Program-made: the position numbers and the translations under genes
Part shown: positions 58,248-64,000 of the stretch, piece after piece
Position numbering within the stretch: the stretch's first letter is position 1
Layout of the letters: each line of letters begins with the position of its first letter
Origin: Eledone cirrhosa
Lineage: Eukaryota
Length of the DNA: 64,000 nucleotides
Assembly: GCA_964016885.1 (NCBI GenBank)
Contig: OZ024740.1
Span: 181,102,001-181,166,000, forward strand
Direction of reading: 5' to 3'
Notes under the pieces: model-generated
What the model saw: only the letters and a program-made list of their open reading frames with translations
Told to the model about the DNA's origin: nothing
The model's database searches: none

Positions 58248-60642
58248 CTTCACGCTCATCAGCTTTCAAATAAGCAAAATGGTTTCGTACGATGTAATTC
58301 ATTGTTACAACATGAGTGGCAACGAATATTGTGGTTAGATTTGAATGTATCAATATTCCTAGGGTTAGAGTATGTTAATTTCTTACATTCCGTAATATAC
58401 CAGAAATCAGATCTTTAGGTAGGAGAATACGAGAACATTGTTGCTAGGATGTTTCAGCTGAATAAAATGAGGTTATAAGAATATATATATTTACATTTGT
58501 TTGTTTGAATATTTTGATGTCTCCATTTCTTAATCTCCGTAATGGAAGTAAAGTTCTCTTTGATATCAGAATATTACAAGACTTAACCGACGTATATAAC
58601 ACCTCATAATACGTGCATTTTACATTTGATTACGTATGGCAGGGAAAAAAAAACCTTACCAGCGGACACAACATCACCAGCAGATAGATTTGAACGCAAC
58701 ATTCAAGGCCTGTGGAAGTAATCTTGTGAACACATTTTAAGCGTGGAGGTCATCACACTAATTCAATACAAAATGTATATCTATAAATCCTTTAGATATT
58801 AGTCTACACGGAGAGACGCGCCTGACGTGTATTTTCTTACATGCATATCGCTTTTCGTACCGCAATGTTCCACATTCATTCGCAAGCTTGATCATTAATA
58901 CTTCGTAGTAAATACATACTTCTCCAAGATAATGAATGCTTTGGATGCATTTTGTTATGTAACCATTTCATGCAGATATTCATAATAAAAAATATACATT
59001 TCAATGTAATGCGTCAAATAAATAAATGCTTTCAAATTACCAAACAAGATACGGCCCTGAATCACGCAATTCAATTAATGTTTTTTAATTCATATTCATA
59101 CATAACTGTATAGTTATAGGAATTACATTAAAGAGGATAAGGAAGACCAATGAAATTGATTATAAGTGTAATAACTTGAGAATGTTTACTAGATCAGCAG
59201 TTCTTAAATTATATTCATCTATACATGTGATCTTAAAATCGTTAAATTGGAATGACTAGCTTAGTAATTCGAAACGCATTAGCTAATTTAACTTCAACTA
59301 GAAAATGAGATTGGAGCATTGTTCCTAATTCAAAAGTTCAATAGAGTCACTTAACATGGGCAACCATTTGTATGATTCCTGAAATTAGACAACTAATTCT
59401 GTTCTGTCCAGCATTCATAATATCAAAATGTCAAATGTAATATGTGCGGAAAGGATGGAAGCTACTATTTTGAGGCGCCGGAAGTCTAGCTGGTACATTA
59501 CCTGCACACTGCATTTAGAAGAAAACATTCGAAATAGATTACAAATGTAATTATATTAATCTAGAATATATGCCATGATTACGATTTCTCATTTGAGAAG
59601 ATTTAGTTAAGTTATTTGATTGGTAGGTTCATGTTGGCTTATTCTTTTAAACGAAAGTTTAAGATAGTGGAACACAATGTATCACAGATATGATTCTATC
59701 TTGATGATGTATATCATCCCTACAGTAGTACATATTCAACTGGTGAGTCGGTTATATTAAACGGGTATATCTGGACCCGTATCTTCTGTGCAAATCGTAG
59801 GGATGCGGCATTGACATATGACCACTCTATGTCATTTTCAAAATTCCGGTGGTGTCCATCTCCTCTCCACGTCTAAATACAATAGAATTATTACGGAAAA
59901 AGACAGACTGAGACGATAGAAAGGAGAAAGTCGCATGGAGGACGAATCGACAACAATGCTAGAGCTGGTGCTTTTTTATCGACCTCGAATGGATAATAAG
60001 CAATGTTGACCTCCACTGGATATAAACAAAGAACAGAGGGCCTAAAGGAATACCGCATAGCATTCTATAAGTCGCTCTCTGCCATTAACGGTCAAGATTG
60101 AAATACGTTTTAAGATAGTTCTGCTGACGCGGATGTGATCTGGATCTAAATAACAAAGACAGAATTTCAATAATTCAATAAAGAAGCGAAAACCATTAGA
60201 TTTACATAAGGGCTGAAATGTTCACTTATTTGTTTTCGTAATAAATCTGCATTTATTTGTGTTCGGCTAGATGCGTTAGCGAACGGACAATGCAAAATGT
60301 ATATTATTTTAACAGATATCTCCTGATACAAAAATGTTTTATTTATGTTTTTTTTCTCATATCATCTACATACCGTGCCAACGAAAAACTATGCTCTCAT
60401 TTCACGAAAGCAATATAACTGTTGTTAAACGAAGACTATTACACAACGATAATCATGACCCATATCTAAGTAGTATAATACCTTCAGACAGCAAAATGTA
60501 TTTGTGTGGTAACTCGATCTGTTCAAATATGTATATAATTTTCCTTATATTATAACCGACTCTATTTTAAAATTAACCGACATAGATAATTAGTTATTTC
60601 TCTTTGTTTGAATTAAGAATTTTATGAGTACAAATTTGAATA

Positions 60643-60770
60643 ATAATTGTTTCTACTTATGGCACAAGGCCAGCACTTATCCAGTGCATTACTGGTAATT
60701 TATTTCATCGACCCCGTAACTATATGTGTCAAAGCATGGCGTCCGACCTTCTACCGATACTGCCAATCAA
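60643..60770 (-). mobile_element. Internally deleted SINE
   Basis: Both ends match the 29909 copy. The segment between two gtaa motifs (including the B box) is missing. Confidence 0.8.
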
Positions 60771-61949
60771 TTAGCACTAATATATTATCAGTAAATTGAA
60801 CTTTAGTAGATATAGTCCAAGACCAGTTAAACATGAAACAACGATATTAGGATGGTCTAGGTTGGAATGTCTTTTATCAAATCCTGCTTCATCAGATATT
60901 TCGTGGATTTGTATAATTTAAATGGATAATCTGGAAACTTGTCCAAATAACTTACGTGTTGGTTTTCCCTTCTGAATTCTAAGTTAATATCTACTCAAAT
61001 AGTTACCTTCATTCATTTAATATTGATAAAATATGCGTTAATTGAAGAATTTAATTAACAATATAGTCTTCAATTACGAAGCATTGCGTTGTGCTTAGGC
61101 ATGTCACTGGAAATGTAAAACTAAATTTCTCAAAATAATCAGAAAATTAATATATCTCCCCCTCCTCAGTTGCCTAAAAAGTTGCGAGCGAAGCAGAATA
61201 GGAAAACAGAAGTGGGTATTTTTACTTGAAGTTACAATCTATCCCATGACAAAATTCGAAAAACGATTGGCCCAACACAACAAATTGTAATTCATATTCT
61301 ACATTGTACAAAATATACTAGCCAAAAGTGTGTCTCTACTCACTCATGCAGCAAGTAGCAGACAAATGCCTCCAAATAACGTCTTACAACATTAAAATGA
61401 AGAGAAACATTATCCTATGTAGTCATAGAACCGTAGAATAAGGGTGGATATCACACATGTAATAACTTATAGATATGATTAACCATGCCTCAGAGACATC
61501 TGAACAACTACAACGATGAAGAATATTCAACATTCATGGTATATTATCTTTAGCTGTAATCTGTCAAATTAAACAGTTAAAATATTAAAATATGAATATT
61601 TCACGCAGCTGGCAAAAAGATTTTACATCACATTCCAGGATCCTGACATGTCATATTTTGTGTAATGCTAACATTCATGAGAACTATGTCAAGAAAGTTT
61701 GTTTTTCTGTGGTATTCTCAAACAGCAAATGCTAATTTCATGTGCAGACAGTTATGATGACTGAAGTACCAGGAGCACACCTCGAAGGTAAATGTGGAAG
61801 TCCAAGAAAACATTGTTTCTCACCGTCTCTTTCTCAACCACCCTCTCTATATAACTATCGATCTGTTTATCTGTCTTTACGTATGTAAACTTTCTCTGAG
61901 ACACTACCATAAACAATTACATTCTAATTAATATTATTTCTTATGTAAA

Positions 61950-62085
61950 GGGCGGTGGATTGGCATACTGAGTTCAAATCCCACCGAGGTTTACTTTGCC
62001 TTTCATCCCTACGGGGTCGATAAAATAAAGTACCAGTAATGCACTGGTGAATTGCTGGCCTTGTGCCAAAAGTATAAACAATTAT
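61950..62085 (+). mobile_element. SINE (internally deleted) with candidate TSD ttatttcttatgtaa
   Basis: ggcggtggattggca..ctgagttcaaatcccaccgagg..gcctttcatccctacggggtcgataaaataaagtaccag. ttatttcttatgtaa flanks both sides (61934..61948 and 62082..62096). Confidence 0.85.
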
Positions 62086-62299
62086 TTCTTATGTAATTAT
62101 CTATCCACCGTTCAACGCATAGCATCTATGTACATACGAAGTTTCAACAATGCATTTAAACAGGGATTAGTTAAGCAAATTAAAATTCATTTAACTAAAG
62201 CTAAATTAGCAGGGTTAAACTGTATACCCTCTTTTATCATAGACATTTTCCATATGATTTAAAATTACAAAATTACTCTTTTGTGTATCATACATTACA

Positions 62300-62355
<56 letters not shown>

Positions 62356-62508
62356 TAAGATGTATGGTAGGACGTATGTGAATCGCGATGATCACGTCTG
62401 ACTTACCAAATATGTGACGGTAGCTAGTTAAGCTCTATGCGTATACGCAGAGCAGAAATATTAGTGAAAAAGAACAAAGGAACTATTATGACATTATAAC
62501 AAGTTTAT

Positions 62509-62555
62509 TGCCGACAGCCGTTTCGTCCGACCCCATGGTGGGACTTATCAAGGCA
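62509..62555 (-). ncRNA. Type I hammerhead ribozyme, U3-A8 core variant
   Basis: tgcc TTGATAA gtcc...ggac GAAA cggctg TC|ggca, overlapping AATAAA. All three stems pair, with a GUC cleavage triplet. Confidence 0.82.
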
Positions 62556-63475
62556 TATAACATGTGATTGCAAGATCATTGTTTACATCAACGTATCACT
62601 CAAGGCTAGCAGTTTGAAATTGTTGTATACATCAGCAACTCCGCTTTAAGGGGGGCTCTTTTATATTAGTTGTCGGGGTCAGGGATTGAAGTTTAAAAAT
62701 TAGACAAAAATATATAATTCACGCATCAACATTAAACCAAGAGACTTGGGGTCCCGTAGAAGCACCTCAGAAAATCCCTCAATGAGTGCATAAAGCTTAC
62801 AGGCTCCAATACACCTATTAGTCTAGAAGAAAATTAAGAGGCTAATAAAATAAGAAAATAAAAATATAAAGTTTCCCTAAAAAATATATAGAGTTCCTAT
62901 GAAATTTCTTCTAGAGAAAAAAATTTTTTCACAAAGAAAAAAACCTTCTTCCCCCGAGATCACGTTTACAAAATTCAGAAAACTGAATTGAAAACTAGGT
63001 TGAAAGAAACTAATCAATTAGAGGTTAATTCAGAGAGCCTTCCATAAATCTCTCAGAAAAGGCCCCTTTACTATTTCCAATAGGAACTTCCTCCGAGAGA
63101 CCCTTCGAAGATTTAAATTTTAGAGAGCCTTTGAGGATAAATATAAAAACGAATTGAGGAAAATTATACATTAAAAGTTAAAAATTAAAAATTACGGTAT
63201 TTGGGATATCCGAGGAATTTTCAAAGGGCTGCTTCAGCAGATACAACTTAGGCATAATAGGTACAATAATCTAAGCAATTTAAGCAATTTAATTAGGGAG
63301 CAATTCAAGGAGTTTATCAAGTTGGGCAAGATTAAAGAAAGTGGTAACTAAGAAAATACATAAGCAAAAAGACAATAATCATAAAATGTATCCTTAAGAA
63401 GGTACAAGGTAGCTTCCGTGATCTAGCCCTGTATTATCACAAAAAAACATTCTAAAATTATTGATACAGGATTAA

Positions 63476-63615
63476 AAATTATTACAAAATCATTACAAAA
63501 TTACCACAGAATCATTACAAAATTATCAAATCATCACAAAATTACCACAAAATCATTACAAAACTATCAATTATCGCAAAATTATTACAAAATTATCATA
63601 AAATTATTGCAAAAA
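63476..63615. repeat. 11-12-bp minisatellite (aaaattattac/aaaatcattac)
   Basis: About 12 degenerate units. Confidence 0.85.
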
Positions 63616-64000
63616 TATAACAGGATGAACATTACTGGTGACCGTGTGGGCGCGATATCCATTCTGCCTATGCAGTCCCCTGCACAGCTCCAGGCACGAT
63701 ATCCACTAGGCGTAAGCAGTCATCTGCATAGCTCCAGGCGCAGCTGGTCTTGTTTAAACGTTCATAGATCACCTGGGGTTCACTATTATCTGCGTGGACT
63801 CTCTGGGAGATGTACCTGTGGATCTAATAGCCAGTGGTTGCCGGGTGTGGTCGGTTCGATCCTTTAGTTTCAGGGGTTGAACGCTTTCGCGATAGACGAG
63901 CCTGCTGGTTCTAAGTCCAAGGTTTCGCCACGCATGATGTATTGGTCCACATGCTATATCGTTAAAAAACCAGTGTGGATTTGACTGGGGTGGTATATTA

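Larger units (their letters stand above)
62353..64000 (-). mobile_element. Probable PLE 3' UTR/pLTR running off the window
   Basis: Starts at a TA tract, and has an HHR plus polyA signal near its 3' end and an internal minisatellite. No recognisable ORF in the window. Confidence 0.45.

Overview
Very AT-rich, microsatellite-saturated eukaryotic DNA, either intergenic or intronic. The (TA)n/(CA)n density and the SINE family suggest a cephalopod such as Octopus (inference). No host gene could be supported, and most ORF-track entries are microsatellite translations. The window holds Penelope-like retroelements (PLEs), an internally deleted mariner, a rearranged RTE-like LINE, tRNA-type SINEs, Helitron-like elements (one enclosing a 10 x 615-bp near-identical array) and several fold-back elements. 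The main signal is a dense set of type I hammerhead ribozyme (HHR) motifs, about 8 with an intact core plus about 6 decayed, in several unrelated sequence families. Highlights: (i) a non-coding 559-bp tandem unit with one HHR per unit (retrozyme-like, predicted 559-nt monomer or circle) inserted into one arm of a PLE inverted repeat; (ii) palindromes with an HHR on each strand; (iii) a U3-A8 core variant; (iv) a C10.1-A11.1 variant shared by two families. All folds were derived by eye, and none has been tested computationally or experimentally.
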